This document shows, piece after piece, positions 40,541 to 54,166 of a stretch of DNA of 64,000 nucleotides. This stretch comes from Octopus sinensis (taxonomy: Eukaryota), in the NCBI RefSeq assembly GCF_006345805.1, contig NC_043000.1, forward strand, positions 136,896,001-136,960,000, in the 5' to 3' direction. The notes beneath the pieces are model-generated. The model ran no database searches. It was not told the origin of the DNA and saw nothing but the letters and a program-made list of their open reading frames with translations. Position 1 is the first letter of the stretch; each line of letters starts with the position of its first letter. A program made the translations under genes and the position numbers.

Positions 40541-42434
40541 TAGTAAATATAATAAAACCAAAACATGTCTCTGTGGCATTCACTGATTGGCTTTCAAAAG
40601 ACGATCCACTCCTCTTCTTCATTAAAATTTTCCATAAATTTCAGTTATATAATCTAATTGGTGTTATCTCCCTTGTTTGTCATTTAGATTTTAAAAACCA
40701 CAAGAGGATATGTTTGTCTACTGACTGCATAAATATTCTCAGTAAAGTGAGATTTTACAATTCCCTATGTTACATATTTAGTTAACAGAATTAATTTGCT
40801 ACTCAATAAAAAATTGCTACACAAGCAGCTTAAGTGTTTTTAGAAGAGACCACTGTGTTGCAAGCATTCAGGACAAATCTCTGGTCGGAGGATATCTTCT
40901 TCCCCTCTTCTACATCATGAAAACTTTGTAACGGATTCTAGCATTGCATATATCTCATAGCTATAAGATAAAAAGTAATTGTAATATCAAATGACTACAT
41001 TAGTTCCCATGCTTCAGTGCAATTTCAGCCATAATGTCAACAACATAATGAAAAAGGTGATTGTACTTTATTTCCTTCTATAAAAAATGCCTTATGACTC
41101 TTTTTGAAAAAATATTCAGTTGTGATTTATATATTCTGAAATTGTTTTAAGAATATTCTTGTAGATTAATCAAATGTATTTGTTACTTTTTGGCTTGGCT
41201 TTGTAGAACATTCATACACTGCTTGCTTAATTTATTATGATGGAATCATCATGCCTATGGGCATTCTTTTCTTTATTTTTGTTTGTTAAACTTTGTTTTG
41301 ATAAAACATTAACATCTCACAAAGTTAATTGTTTTCTATTGAGAAGATTTGTGTTATCCATTTTCTTGATTGACTGCAGAAGTTGGTAATGCTGATTTGT
41401 CTAAGAACAGAACTCTTTTGCCTATTGTTAACAACACTTTTGAAGCTCACTTTCATCACAATGATAATTTTTGCTTCTGTCATTATCATTATTAATTGCA
41501 AGTCTGATGCCAAAGACAGAAACACAATTGGTCAGAAAACCCAGCATTAAACAAAAGAACTGTCTTTTTTTTTCTCTGAAATAATGAGAAAACAGTATTT
41601 AATGTCTATCTATGAAAGAAATAAAGCCAAGTCCATAAACAACAATATTTGAGTGGGATAAAGAGAAAAAGATAACATCAAACACGTCTTATCTGTTACA
41701 CTTTCCATGAAAAATACAAACATCTTCATGTATTATAAGCACTCAACTAAATAATACAACAAATTTGTAGTTCAGTCAGTAGTACTTCCACTCATATTAA
41801 GCCTATATATCCTAATATCTAGTTATAAAAATAATACTTACTTTAGTTATAAGGTTTCTTGAACTATTAGTCTTTCTGTTCTGCATTAGCAAATATATTA
41901 ACAAGATAACTTTAGTAGAGAAGATGGTAAACTTATAGCATTTCAAGTAATGAGCTATGTTTCAATTCTCAGCTCTATCTGTTTTACATTACTTATGTCT
42001 TATATTACGAATACTCTTGATTTCTCTTAATTTTCTTTAACTTTCTTCTTCTTTAACTTCATTCTAAAGAGGAGAAGCTGTAGCTTTATTGCTATCTGGA
42101 AGAAAGAGAAGGAGACAATGTTAATGTACTCTAAGTAAAAAGCTGTAATAGATTTATAGCAAGTAACATCTAGAAATGAAAAGAATTTAAAAGAAAAACA
42201 ACAGAAAGTCAAAATTAAACAATTAATTTGAAGTAATAAAATCAAGTAACTCCATTTACTTTAATGAGTCAGTGAGATAAGTATTAATGACTGAAAATTA
42301 GAGTAACACCTTTTGTTAAGAGGTAACACTCGAGCTAAGTGCTCAGTGCAGCAAGCACTCTATACTAAATTAATTTTTATTATAACCTGAAAAGATCTGT
42401 CTTTGAGGTGACAGAAATAGTAGAATGCTAGATT

Positions 42435-42873
42435 AATATTGGCTTCAATTTTTGGCACAAAGCCAGCAATTTTGGGGAGGGGAGAGTAAGTCGACTACAT
42501 CGACCCCAGTATTCATCTGGTATGTATTTTATCGACCTCCCAAAAGGATAAAAGCTTAAGCTGACCTCAGCAGAATTTGAACTCAGAATGTTAAGATGGA
42601 TGAAATACCACTAAGCACTTTGCTCAACATGCTAACCATTCTTGTTTCTTTTTTGCCCACAAGGGGCTAAACACAGAAGAGACAAACAAGGACAGACAAA
42701 GGGATTAAGTCAATTACATCGACCCCAGTGTGTGACTGGTACTTAATCTATCTACCCCGAAAGAATGAAAGGCAAAGTTGACCTTGGCAGAATTTGAACT
42801 TGGAACATAATGGCAGATGAAATACCACTAAACATTTCACCCGGCATGCTAACCATTCTGCCAGCTCACTGCC
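42435..42873 (-). mobile_element. Two adjacent SINE family B copies with different tails
   Basis: 42435-42641 has tail ii (revcomp ...aaattgctggctttgtgccaaaa); 42645-42873 has tail i (revcomp ...tagccccttgtgggcaaaaaagaaac). Confidence 0.82.
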
Positions 42874-43378
42874 AAAAATGCTCAATTAATATTATTTACT
42901 GCATTTAGCTTCATCTTCCTTTGTTTTGAATTCAAATTCTGCAAGGTTCCATTTTACTTTGGCCAGTAGTTTTAGGGAGAGGTTTTTGTTAATTACATGG
43001 ATACAAGGATTTGACTGGTACTTTATTTTATTGAAACTGAAAGAACGAAAAACAAAGTTGACCGTGACAGAATTTACACTTAAAACATAAATTGCTGGAG
43101 CAAATGCCACTGAACTGTGCTGATCCAATTGACTTTATATATCTCCTAAAATTGTGCCACAATCCTTCACCTAAGTTTCTTTTAAGCATTAAATTTTAAC
43201 GAAATACTTCACTCATTTTATATATAGTAAACAAATGAGACACTTTGTGATTACTTGACATGCTATAAGCTACAGTTACGTATCCCTCGAATCACACTCT
43301 ACAATTTTTAAAATGTATGGTCGCATTGGACAGTAGATAGAATGATCACAGCAGGAATACCTTTGACCAATCAGAAGT

Positions 43379-43744
43379 TGTTAGCACTCCGTCGGTTATG
43401 ACAACGAAGGTTCCAGTTGATCCGATCAACTGAACAGCCTGCTCGTGAAATTGACGTGCAAGTGGCTGAGCACTCCACAGACACGTGTACCCTTAACGTA
43501 GTTCTCGGGGTGATTCAGCGTGACACAGAGTGTGACAAGGCTGGCCCTTTGAAACAGAAAGAAAGAGTGAGAGAAAGTTGTGGTAAAAGAGTACAGCAGG
43601 GTTCACCACCTCCTACCGGAGCCTCGTGGAGCTTTAGGTGTTTTCGCTCAATAAACACTCACAACGCCCGGTCTGGAAATCGAAACCACGATCCTACAAC
43701 TGCAAGTCCGCTGCCCTAACCACTGGGCCATTGCGCCTCCACAT
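43379..43744 (-). mobile_element. tRNA-derived SINE family D
   Basis: Minus-strand head gtggaggcgcaatggcccagtggttagggcagcggac...ggtttcgatttcc; 12-bp TSD ccaatcagaagt at 43367-43378 and 43745-43756. Confidence 0.9.
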
Positions 43745-44320
43745 CCAATCAGAAGTAACATGAGACTAAATAACAACTACCACCTTAATATACATAATAG
43801 ATTCTGCAAGTGAAATACAATTTCATTTACTTTATTGATATTCACCTAATTGATCTTATTTTTGTTATAGTTTTCCTGAGATGTGAAAACTGCAGCACAA
43901 AATGCATCGCTTCAAGGGTGACAGGTAGAATGTTCTCTATTGTGTGATCAGCATTGAGTGTCAAGTATCTCATGCAAGTTTGTTTTTATTAACTTCTGTT
44001 TGATTTTAACCATCCATGGTTTTAGTTATATTCTGAGATTTAATTGCTTGAATCATATATGTTTCTGATAGGTTTGTTGTATTGTTCTATAAATATGATT
44101 TTCAATAAGAACTACAATATGAGTACGTGTTCTGTAAATAAGATAAATTGATATTATAGACAAATACTGACTGTTAAGGTATCAGTTGAGGAAACACTCA
44201 TCTTATATGCTATGTAAATCTAAAAAGTAGACTGTATGTAAGAGAATGAGAAACTGACGAATTGCTTTTAAATGTAGTTAAAGAATGTGTTGTGTAACAT
44301 AATGACAGTGTTAGAATATA

Positions 44321-44552
44321 TATTTCTTTATTACCCACCAGGGGCTAAACATAGAGGGGACAAACAAGGTCAGACAAACGAATTAAGTCGATTACATCGA
44401 TGCCAGGGCAAAACTGGTACTTTATTTATCGACCCCGAAAAGATGAAAGGCAATGTCGACCTCAGCGGAATTTGAACTCAGAATGTAATGATAGACGAAA
44501 TACCACTAAGCATTTCGCCCAGCGCGCTCACATTTCTGCCAGCTCGCCGCCT
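44321..44552 (-). mobile_element. SINE family B, tail i
   Basis: Aligns with 55022-55254; 24-bp TSD acataatgac(a/g)gtgttagaatata at 44297-44320 and 44555-44578. Confidence 0.92.
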
Positions 44553-44939
44553 TTACATAATGACGGTGTTAGAATATAATGTACGAAGTGTGTGTCAAGA
44601 TTATAGTTGATGTTTGACCCTAAGTTAGTCTTATTTGAGCAAACCTATGAATATCAACATTCCAGCTGTCAGATTTCTGTCTTTATATTTATTTTCAACT
44701 ACATTGTTTAATATTGCCCCTGTTATTCTTTTAAAGTGGTTGAGTATAACCTCAGGAATATTTGGTTATTATTTCTTGCAGGTCAAATGACCACTTAGAA
44801 TTTTCAGGTTCATGTTGAACTGATCAATGATGAATGATAAGAATGAAAATATAAAAAAAAAACATTATAAAGAATTCGGGATAACATGAAATCTTTGCAC
44901 CAGTATAGTTTGAACAGTGAAGAAACAAACTCAGTTATT

Positions 44940-45233
44940 GTTTGTTCCTTCTCGAACCAGGCCTGGCTCATAAGGGCCGGTTTCCCAGTTTCCTTGGCGT
45001 ATAGGTTCCTCACCTGGATGGGACATCAGTCCATCGCAGGTGAGCTACAAGATGTAGGAGGAAAGAGAGAGAAAGTTGTGGCGAAAGAGCCAGCAGAAGT
45101 TCGCCATTACCTTCTGCCAGAGCCGTGTGGAGCTTAGGTGTTTCGCTCATAAACACACACATCGCCTGGTCTAAGATTCGAACCCATAATCCCTCGACCG
45201 TGAGTCTGCTGCTCTAACCACTAGGCCATCCAC
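44940..45233 (-). mobile_element. Mosaic SINE (family D head/body, family C tail)
   Basis: 45060-45230 aligns with 43560-43742; 44950-45040 aligns with the family C 3' part (ctgcgatggactg...gggaaaccggcccttatgagcc). Confidence 0.8.
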
Positions 45234-45864
45234 ATAAATTCAATTTATTATATTAGCAAGAACCTTGGGAGATTTAAAAACAGGAATTTCAAAACAAGTA
45301 TATAGTAATGTCTATCTTGCTCCCATTATATGTATAAAGGAATTAATTCTGTCAGAAACTGAAATAAATTCACTACTGCACTTCAATCACTATCACCACC
45401 ACCACTACCACATTATATTAATTTCAATTAAAAGCAAATTTCTCAGCTAATGTCACATTAACAGATTGTATTCTTAATGGATACAATCCTACAGCTGAGT
45501 GCACCCTAAGGTTGAAGGGACCAGTGAGAGAGAAATGGATATCTTTTTTATAAAGCCATACCTTTGCTTTGTTGGGTATGTTGTAAGAACTAAAATTCTG
45601 ATCATGGTGTCTAAATAATTAAGTTGTTGGCATCCTTTTTGTCTCGGAAGACAATGGAGTTGCACATAAAATAGTCTAGTCCGGCTTTTACATTTCATGT
45701 CCTAATACAATTTGCTGTGGCTGTGTAGTCCTATCCTGGACAAACACTCCCTCTAGCAGGTGCTGCAAATGTAGCAAAGACTTTGCCTGGTTAGTTGTAA
45801 TGTCATAATTTATTGTTGGCGTCTTTTCTTGTCTTTCCATTTCTCCTCTCTCCCTCTCTCTGTC

Positions 45865-45985
45865 ACTGGGGGCACTAGGTCTGTGGGAAGACCGTTCTCA
45901 CGATACAAGGATGTTTGCAAAAGGGACATAAAGGCCTGTGACATCAATATTAACAACTGGGAAACAGTTGCCAGCAACCGTGGAA
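45865..45985 (+). mobile_element. RTE/BovB-type C-terminal fragment
   Basis: SVGRPFSRYKDVCKRDIKACDININNWETVASNR. Confidence 0.75.
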
Positions 45986-47232
45986 ATAATTAAGTAACTG
46001 AAGGTTAATTACAAGCTGAAATGAAGCTTCTACTCAACAGATTCATTGACTCATGTAAAATATCTATCAGTAGTTGCTCATGAGGTAAGAATATGGTTGG
46101 TATCAGATTATTATTATTATTATTAGTATTACTTGTTTGTTTTTTGTTTTTTGTTTTGTTTTTTGCTAATATCAAAGAAAATACAATAAAGTTCCATAAG
46201 TGTCCATTTTCTAGCTAGGTATTGTAATGCGTAAAATGGCAGTATTTTGCAGCTTGAACTCTTGAACTGCGGCTTAAATAATCTTCCTATTGTAAAATGG
46301 CTCAAGATAAGATAAACATAAAGACACTAAATGTTTTGACATTTACTGCCATTCTGGATCAGTTTCCTGATTGATAGCATTGGTTCAGTGATTGAAGATA
46401 TCCTCTGGCACAGAAGAGCATTGCGGAATGTTGATCTCAGAGATTCTTTATTACTATGTATATAACATCATACGGATAATACTAGTTGAAGTTAATTGCT
46501 TCAAACTACATACAGACACAGATATATGCATATATATATGTATATATAATGTATATAATATATATCTGAATATATATGTGCATAAAAACACTATATATAT
46601 ATATATATATATATGTTGTATATATATATATAATATAAATATAAATATATATATGTATATGTATACTTTTACATACATATGTACACACACACACACACTT
46701 ATATGTATATTTATCTATGTATATGTTTGCATGTATGTATAAATATATATGTGTATGTATGTATGCATGTATGTATGTTTGTGTGTGTGTATGTATGTAT
46801 GTATGTATATATGTATGTATGTATGTTTGTGTGTGTATGTATCTATGTATGTATGTATGTATGTATAGACAGAAAACAAGTTTATCTGACTGTGTCTGTT
46901 TGGCTGTGTGTGTGTATGAATGTATAAGTGTGTCTATGTGTATCTTTCTGTGCTTAGGTTTTTCTTGCAAAAAATATATATCAAAGCAGTACCTAAGCAT
47001 TTGAGGTGAGCGTGTAGACCATGACGTACTAGGATTACAAAGCTAGCAGACACACGTGCGTGTGCGTGCATACACACATACACACACATACAATTGCACA
47101 CACACACAGACATACACACACACATCTGTATATAGGTATTTAGATTTCGAAGCCAACCCATAATCTGTGGAGTTTAGTGATCAGAAATCATTGTCATAAA
47201 ATGTCTTAATGAACAGATACAAAGCTTAAGGA

Positions 47233-47309
<77 letters not shown>

Positions 47310-47563
47310 ATAATATTTGCATCTTCTTTTGCTCTTTTTCCAAACCCAAAATATATATTGTTTGCTTATTCTTTATATTCTTTACCAAATGAAGCAACTC
47401 ATATTGAATCGGAAAGTAAGTTTATTTCTTTTGATTTATTACCATTTCATCGTTCCATAGATTGGTTCTGGATATCATTTGTTCCTAAATTCACTTGGGC
47501 ATATTTATCGTTTTGATGAAGCAACTTTTTATTTTCTCTTTTCTTTCTTCCTTCTAGTCTTAC

Positions 47564-47765
<202 letters not shown>

Positions 47766-48082
47766 TTCCTTTCTTATATTTATCTATGTAGCTATTAAGC
47801 ATATAATGTATGTTTGTGTGTTCTTGCGTTGGCTGTATGTGTGTGTGTGTATGTGTCTGTATGCATGTATGCATATGGGTGTTTGTGCAAGACATAACTA
47901 TTATTCTCATTACAAGTGAAAAATGAATAATCGTCTCATTTTTCAATTAGTATATGATTGTTCAGTCACCATAAAATGACGTAAAGTAAATAAGGGGTGA
48001 ACATAGAGAAAATAAAACAAGCACACACATATATACATACATAGATAGATGTGTATACATATACAGATGTATGTGTGTATAT

Positions 48083-48113
<31 letters not shown>

Positions 48114-48306
48114 TATCACACATATATGTATGTATGTAATTATATATGCATATATATACATATATATACACATATATAATATGTAATATATAATATTTCA
48201 TCTTACTATATATACTATTTATACTATATATTCTATATTCTACATTAATATTATAAAGAATATAAATAAAACATAAAAAACAGATAGAGTTGGAATTCCT
48301 TTGAAT

Positions 48307-48338
<32 letters not shown>

Positions 48339-48681
48339 CATATACATCTATATATATATATACATATACGCTTACATATATGTGTGTGTATATGTATATA
48401 TATATATACACATACGTATGTACAACTGTGCTTAAAATAATTCTATTTGAGGTGTTGTGGAGAGAAGACAGGAGAAAACTTAATCTTATCTCATAAAAAT
48501 GTTCATGTTTTATCTGAAATGGTGAAATGAATACAGACTCTCAGATATTTGTTTTAATTGTTGAAAGAAGCAAAAATGTTACTAATTGATACCCTTCTTA
48601 ATACTGACCACACACTCATACATTTTTGTAGGATAGCTACTATTTAGTTTGCTGGTATTTACTGAATATATATTTTAATCT

Positions 48682-48926
48682 ATAAAAGCACCAACCGATC
48701 GTGGCCGTTTGCCAGCCTCCTCTAGCCCCTGTGCCGGTGGCACATAAAAAACAACCAATACACTCACGGAGTGATTGGCGTTAGGAAAGAAAACCAGGTG
48801 TAGAAATACTGCCAGATCAAACTGGAGCCTTGTGCAGCCTCCTGGCTTCCCAGAGCCTGGTCGAACCGTCCAACCCATGCTAGCATGGAAAACGGACGTT
48901 AAACAATGATGATGATGATGATGATG
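48682..48926 (+). mobile_element. Repeat E
   Basis: Same tail as 20648, with (GAT)n. Confidence 0.82.
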
Positions 48927-49010
48927 AGAACAAAATTATATCTTTGATATGGCTTCTTTTATTCTGTTTTGTGTCAGTACTCTATTGGATCCACATATTT
49001 TGTGTTAGAA

Positions 49011-49180
49011 GGCACAGATGTGGTAATGTAGTTGAAAAACTTGCTTTCAAACTATGTAGTTAGTGTTAGATCAAGTTTCACTGCACTGAACCTTCGGTAT
49101 ATATCTTCTACTATAGCCTCAGGTTGACCAAAGCCTTGTGAGTGGATTTGTAGATGGAAATTGAAAGAAGCCCATCATAT
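49011..49180 (+). mobile_element. SINE family A head, diverged
   Basis: tcttctactatagcctcaggttgaccaaagccttgtgagtggatttgtagatggaaattgaaagaagccc. Confidence 0.7.
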
Positions 49181-49217
<37 letters not shown>

Positions 49218-49219
<2 letters not shown>

Positions 49220-49430
49220 CTTTTTTGCCCATAGGGGGCTAAACATAGAGGGGACAAACAAGGACAGACAAAGGGAGTAAGTGGATTACATCAGCCCCAG
49301 TGCATAACTGGTACTTATTAAATCGACCCCAAAAGGATGAAAGGCAAAAGTTGACCTCAGCGGAATTTGAACTCAGAACGTAATGGCAGATGAAGTACTG
49401 CTAAGCATTTTACCCAGCTTCCTAATGTTT
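49218..49430 (-). mobile_element. SINE family B, tail i
   Basis: Aligns with revcomp of 55022-55254; sits inside a (CAT)n tract. Confidence 0.82.
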
Positions 49431-50744
49431 CATCATCATCATCATCATCCATATTTAATGCATGTTTTTCATGCTGGCATGGATTTGACAGGAATTGGCG
49501 AGGTCAGGAGCCACACCATGGTCCATAGTCTGTTTTGGCTGGGTTTGTACAGGTGGATGTCCTTCCTAACACCAACAACTTTACAGAGTGTAGCGCATGC
49601 TTTTTACATTTCAGTATGTATACGGTTATGTGCATATCCCTTTGTCTTGACACCATGCAATGATTAAAAATAAGCGCCACTGTCATACAGGTAATGTTAT
49701 TCATTTCCACTCTTCCATGTAAAACCTAACTGGTCATGTGAAAATATTACCTTGTCTGTAGAAAGCTAAATTCTGGTGACAGGAAGGGCATTTAGCCATA
49801 GAAAATCTGTCTCAAACAAACTATGTCTGTCCCATACAATCATGGAGAAGTGAATTTTAATGATAATAACAAAAGATACACTGGAATGTCAGAGTCCATT
49901 TCTTGTAGTGGGTGTTTTTTATGTGCCACTGGCACAGGGGCTAGAGGAGGCTGGCAAACGGCCACGATCGGTTGGTGCTTTTATAGATTAAAATATATAT
50001 TCAGTAAATACCAGCAAACTAAATAGTAGCTATCCTACAAAAATGTATGAGTGTGTGGTCAGTATTAAGAAGGGTATCAATTAGTAACTTTTTTGCTCTT
50101 TCAACAATTAAAACAAATATCTGAGCGAGTCCATATTCATTTCACCATTTCAGATAAAACATGAAAATTTTTATGAGATAAGATTAAGTTTTCTCCTGTC
50201 TTCTCTCTAAAACACCTCTTCCCATGGAATGTTTGAGTGGTAAATTTAATCCATCAACCAGCTTAACATCACCTCCCAATAACTTAGGTGTCTTTAATAA
50301 AGTCCACTCCATTGCTAACATTAGCTGGTCTCCATTTTCAAGATAACTTTTTTCCTCTTTCCCACTAATCTTACAAACCCTGTAATGTGATCCCTGTCTT
50401 AACCTCCTAATTAAAATCTCATAAACAACATTACAAACTCATTGGAATTCACAACCATTGCTCTGTAATAAGCTTTCATACAGATCACAACCAGTTTGCT
50501 CAGACTATATTTATATGATGTTTATATAAGGTAAATGGTAATTACATGATGTTTTTCGAAACTCTATAAAAAATAAAACATAAACTTAACATCTATGAGG
50601 ATATTAACATCAAGTATCTTAGGCAAATATTAAGCTAAATATTAGCAAAAGCAAAATTATCTATATTCTGAAAAATGTAAGCAAGATATAAAATTAGGAA
50701 ACAAATTATTAAATGAATAAGGTTTTTCATTAGAAGATCAGAAG

Positions 50745-51483
50745 TTCAACATCAGCATCATCATCATCATCATCATCATCGTTTAACGTCCGCTTTCCAT
50801 GCTAGCATGTGTTGGACGGTTTGACTGAGGACTGGCAATCCAGATGGCTGCGCCAGGCTCCAATCTGATCTGGCAGAGTTTCTACTGTTGGATGCCCTTT
50901 CTGACACCAAACACTCTGAAAGTATAATGGGTGCTTTTACGGGCCACCGGCATGAGGGCTCAGTCAGGTGGTACTGGCAACAACCATGCTCAAATAGTAT
51001 TTTTTATGTGCCACCTGTACAGGAGCCAGTCCAGTGGCACTGGCAATGACCTTGCTTGAAACAGACTTTGGAACTTTGTACCTTGCCAGTTCCTGTCGAA
51101 CTATCCAACCCATGCCAGCATGGAAAACAGATGTTAAATGATGATGATGAGCATTCCCAATTCATTTCCGGTGGCACAAGTTCCAGTAAGGTGACATTGG
51201 TAATGATCACACTCGAATGGTGCTTTTTACATACCACTGGCACTGAAGCCAGTCAGTGGCCCTGGCAACAATCACACTTAGATAATGCTCTTAGCGTTTC
51301 ACTAGTACAGATGCCAGTCAAGCAGTGCTGTCATCGAATTTCATTTCAATTTCACTTGACTCAACAGGTCTTCACAAGCAGAGTTTAGTGTCCAATGAAG
51401 GAAAGGTATGCATAAGTGGGCTGGTTACACCACTGGCATAGGCCATGGGTTATGGTCTCACTTGGTTTGCCAGGTCTTCTCAC
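50745..51483 (-). mobile_element. RTE 3' end with repeat E (contains an inverted insertion)
   Basis: (CAT)n tail and repeat E; 51430-51483 matches revcomp of ~20140-20200. Confidence 0.8.
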
Positions 51484-51665
51484 AAATTCACTGGTAGTAT
51501 CACATGGTTTTATTTTTTGGTTGGTGGGGTTATCTTCTTTTTCAGAAAATAGGAGGAAATGAATTGGGAATGCTCATCATCATCATTTAACATCTGTTTT
51601 CCATGCTGGCATGGGTTGGACAGTTTGACAGGAACTAGCAAGGTACAAAGTTCCAAAGTCTGTTT
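51059..51665. repeat. Inverted duplication, 111-bp arms (51059-51169 and 51555-51665)
   Basis: Arms are reverse complements with ~3 mismatches and include the (GAT)n tail plus flank gagcattcccaattcatttcc. Confidence 0.92.
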
Positions 51666-51832
51666 TGGCTTGGTTTCTATGACTGGATGTCTTTCCTCAT
51701 GGCAATCACTTAACATAGTATACTGGGTGCTTTTTACATAGCACCAGCAGCATTGCTTATCACATGGCAGCATCACCAGTGCTTTTTACTGATTACGTTT
51801 TAATGTTAGTAAAGAAATACTTCCTTCCTATA

Positions 51833-52229
51833 GGTGCAGGAGTGGCTGTGTGGTAAGTAGCTTGCTTACCAGCCACATGGTTTCAGGTTCAGTTCCACTG
51901 CGTTGGCACCTTGGGCAAGTGTTTTCTACTATAGCCTCAGGCCAACCAAAGCCTTATAAGTGGATTTGGTAGATGGAAACTGAAAGAAGCCCGTCGTATA
52001 TATGTATATGTATATATGTGTGTGTGTGTGTTGGTATGTCTGTGTTTGTCCCCCCCAACATCGCTTGACAACCGATGCTGGTGTGTTTACATCCCCGTAA
52101 CTTAGTGGTTCAGCAAAAGTGACCGATAGAATAAGTACTAGGCTTACAAAGTCCTGGGGTCCATTTGCTCAACCAAAGGCAGTGCTCCAGCATAGCCACA
52201 GTCAAATGACTGAAACAAGTAAAAGAGTA
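51833..52229 (+). mobile_element. SINE family A, full length
   Basis: Aligns with 8128-8536. Confidence 0.9.
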
Positions 52230-52504
52230 CCAATTACAACCAAAAAAAAACGGAGATACATTATATTATGACTGTTTTATTAGGAGACTCAGTAATAGGA
52301 AATCTATACACATTTTAAATTTTACATAAATATAAAGAGCAGTTCTAACATTTCTGAAAATGGTCAATATGACAAGTTATTTGATTTTACTGTTCCTGTT
52401 TAACTAGAGGTCAGCACTGACTGAGCAGACCAATGATCAAAGACATTTCAGATATGAGCATGTGATCATTTTTCAAGCTCTGTGTATCTGAGGCTACATA
52501 ATAA

Positions 52505-52925
52505 TCATATGGTGCATGACCTTGCAGGTGGGACCCAATTAGAATTTTCTTCAGGTAAAGTAGCCCATTCCGCTCAAAAGGTCCCTGAATAAGGGTTGTT
52601 TAAGGATGTTGAATGAAACACCCATGTTTCCAGAGCTGAATTACTCAAACCCCAAAAATCCCTCTCAACACATGGCTATGATGCTCCCCCACTACTTCTG
52701 CTCATGATCAGAGATGCACATATCATCAGCCACTAAGGGACATGCTCAACTGATAAAGGTCAAACAACTGACAAACAAATCTGTGGTATTGAGCAGAATA
52801 TTTGCTGTAGCCCATCTTTTATACTAAGTCAAAACAATGTGCATGATGACACTTCCAGTCAGTTAAGCCATGAAAAGCCACCGCCTGGTACTGCATCAGG
52901 GCATTTATTATTATTATTATTATTA
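52505..52925 (+). mobile_element. Probable LINE 3' end with (ATT)n tail
   Basis: Ends in a short stem-loop-like gcctggtactgcatcagggca followed by (ATT)n; a similar terminus occurs at ~6525; clade not determined. Confidence 0.5.
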
Positions 52926-52927
52926 TC

Positions 52928-53878
52928 ATTCAGTAGTTTTATTTTTATAGCGTGCTTTCACTTCACTACCGAGCGCAGCTCTGTGTGCCTTGGGTATGTG
53001 CTGTGATTTGTTGTGATGCTCTGATGGTTATTGTATGGAAAGTGTTCTGTGTAGGATGTGTGCAGTGCCTAGTAGTACAATTTTCTGTATGTTATATGTG
53101 TTTCTAAGTCCTGGTGTTTTTGTTATGTATTTGTCTGAATATTTTTTATCATGCCTAATGCACCTACTATGATAGGAATTTGTTTCTGTTTTCAGGTTCC
53201 ACATTCTAGTTACCTCTATTTCCAGGTCTTTATATTTTGAGAGAGTTCTCATTTCATTTTAGAGACACGTTGTCATCTGCAGGTATTGATACATCAATTA
53301 GAAAGCATTTTTTTTTCTTCATGATCTCTGACAACTATATCTGGTCTGTTGGCCTTAATTTCTCTATCTGTGTGTATCAGCATATCCAGAGTATGGTGCC
53401 TTTCTCGTTTTCTGTGACCTTTTCTGGTGTGTGCCTATACCATCTTTTTTCTGTTGTTATTCCATAATGTGGCATAGCTTCCAATGTATGTAGGTTCCAA
53501 CTCTGTCATGCCTGTGAATATTCCTTCTTAGCCAGGACTGGGCAGCTAGAGATAATATGATTTATTGTTTCTTGTCCATCTCCACATATCCTGCAGGTTA
53601 CTTGTAAATTTTCTTTTCATTACAGTTTTGGTAATAGTATTTCTGGTGGGGGAGGCTTTGGTCTTGTGCTGCCATTAAAAATCCCTCTGTTTCTGCTTGA
53701 GTCCTGAGCTTCTCACCATTGCTGTGATTTTTCTTTGTCTATTTCTTTTGGCGTTTAGTTTAGTGCAGTATTTACCATGAAGGGGCTTTCTTGCCATCGT
53801 TTTATCATGGCTAGTTGCTGTTTTTATTTTAGTTTGGATTTCATTTGTTTTATAGCTTTTGTTGTTTCTTATCATCTT
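52928..53878 (-). mobile_element. R4/Dong-clade non-LTR retrotransposon, 3' part (pseudogenised)
   Basis: Minus strand: CRICGDGQETINHIISSCPVLAKKEY..RHDRVG (CCHC), RPDIVVRDHEEKKCFLIDVSIPADD (PD-D restriction-like endonuclease), KYKDLEIEVTRMW, IQKIVLLGTAHILHRTL; (TAA)n at the 3' end. Confidence 0.92.
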
Positions 53879-53950
53879 CTATACATATGCACACACACAG
53901 ATTATTTGTGGAATTTATGATTATTTGATGGGAATATTTCATTTGCCTCT

Positions 53951-54166
53951 AAGACAGCGAGCCGATAGAATTGTTAGCACGCCGGCCGAAAAGCTTAGCG
54001 GCATTTCGTCCGTCTTTACGTTCTGAGTTCAAATTCCACCGAGGTCGACTTTACTTTTCATACTTTCGGGGTCGATAAAATAAGCACCTGTCGAACACCG
54101 GGGTCGATTTAATCAACTTATCCCTGCCCCTAAATTGCTGGACTTCTGCCAAAATTCGAAACTAAA
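53951..54166 (+). mobile_element. SINE family B, tail ii
   Basis: Head and body align with 55022-55190; tail ccctaaattgctggacttctgccaaaattcgaaac. Confidence 0.85.

Larger units (their letters stand above)
48449..50218. repeat. Inverted duplication, ~315-bp arms (48449-48762 and 49904-50218)
   Basis: Arms are reverse complements with few differences; each contains apparently unique DNA plus the start of a repeat E copy. Confidence 0.93.
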
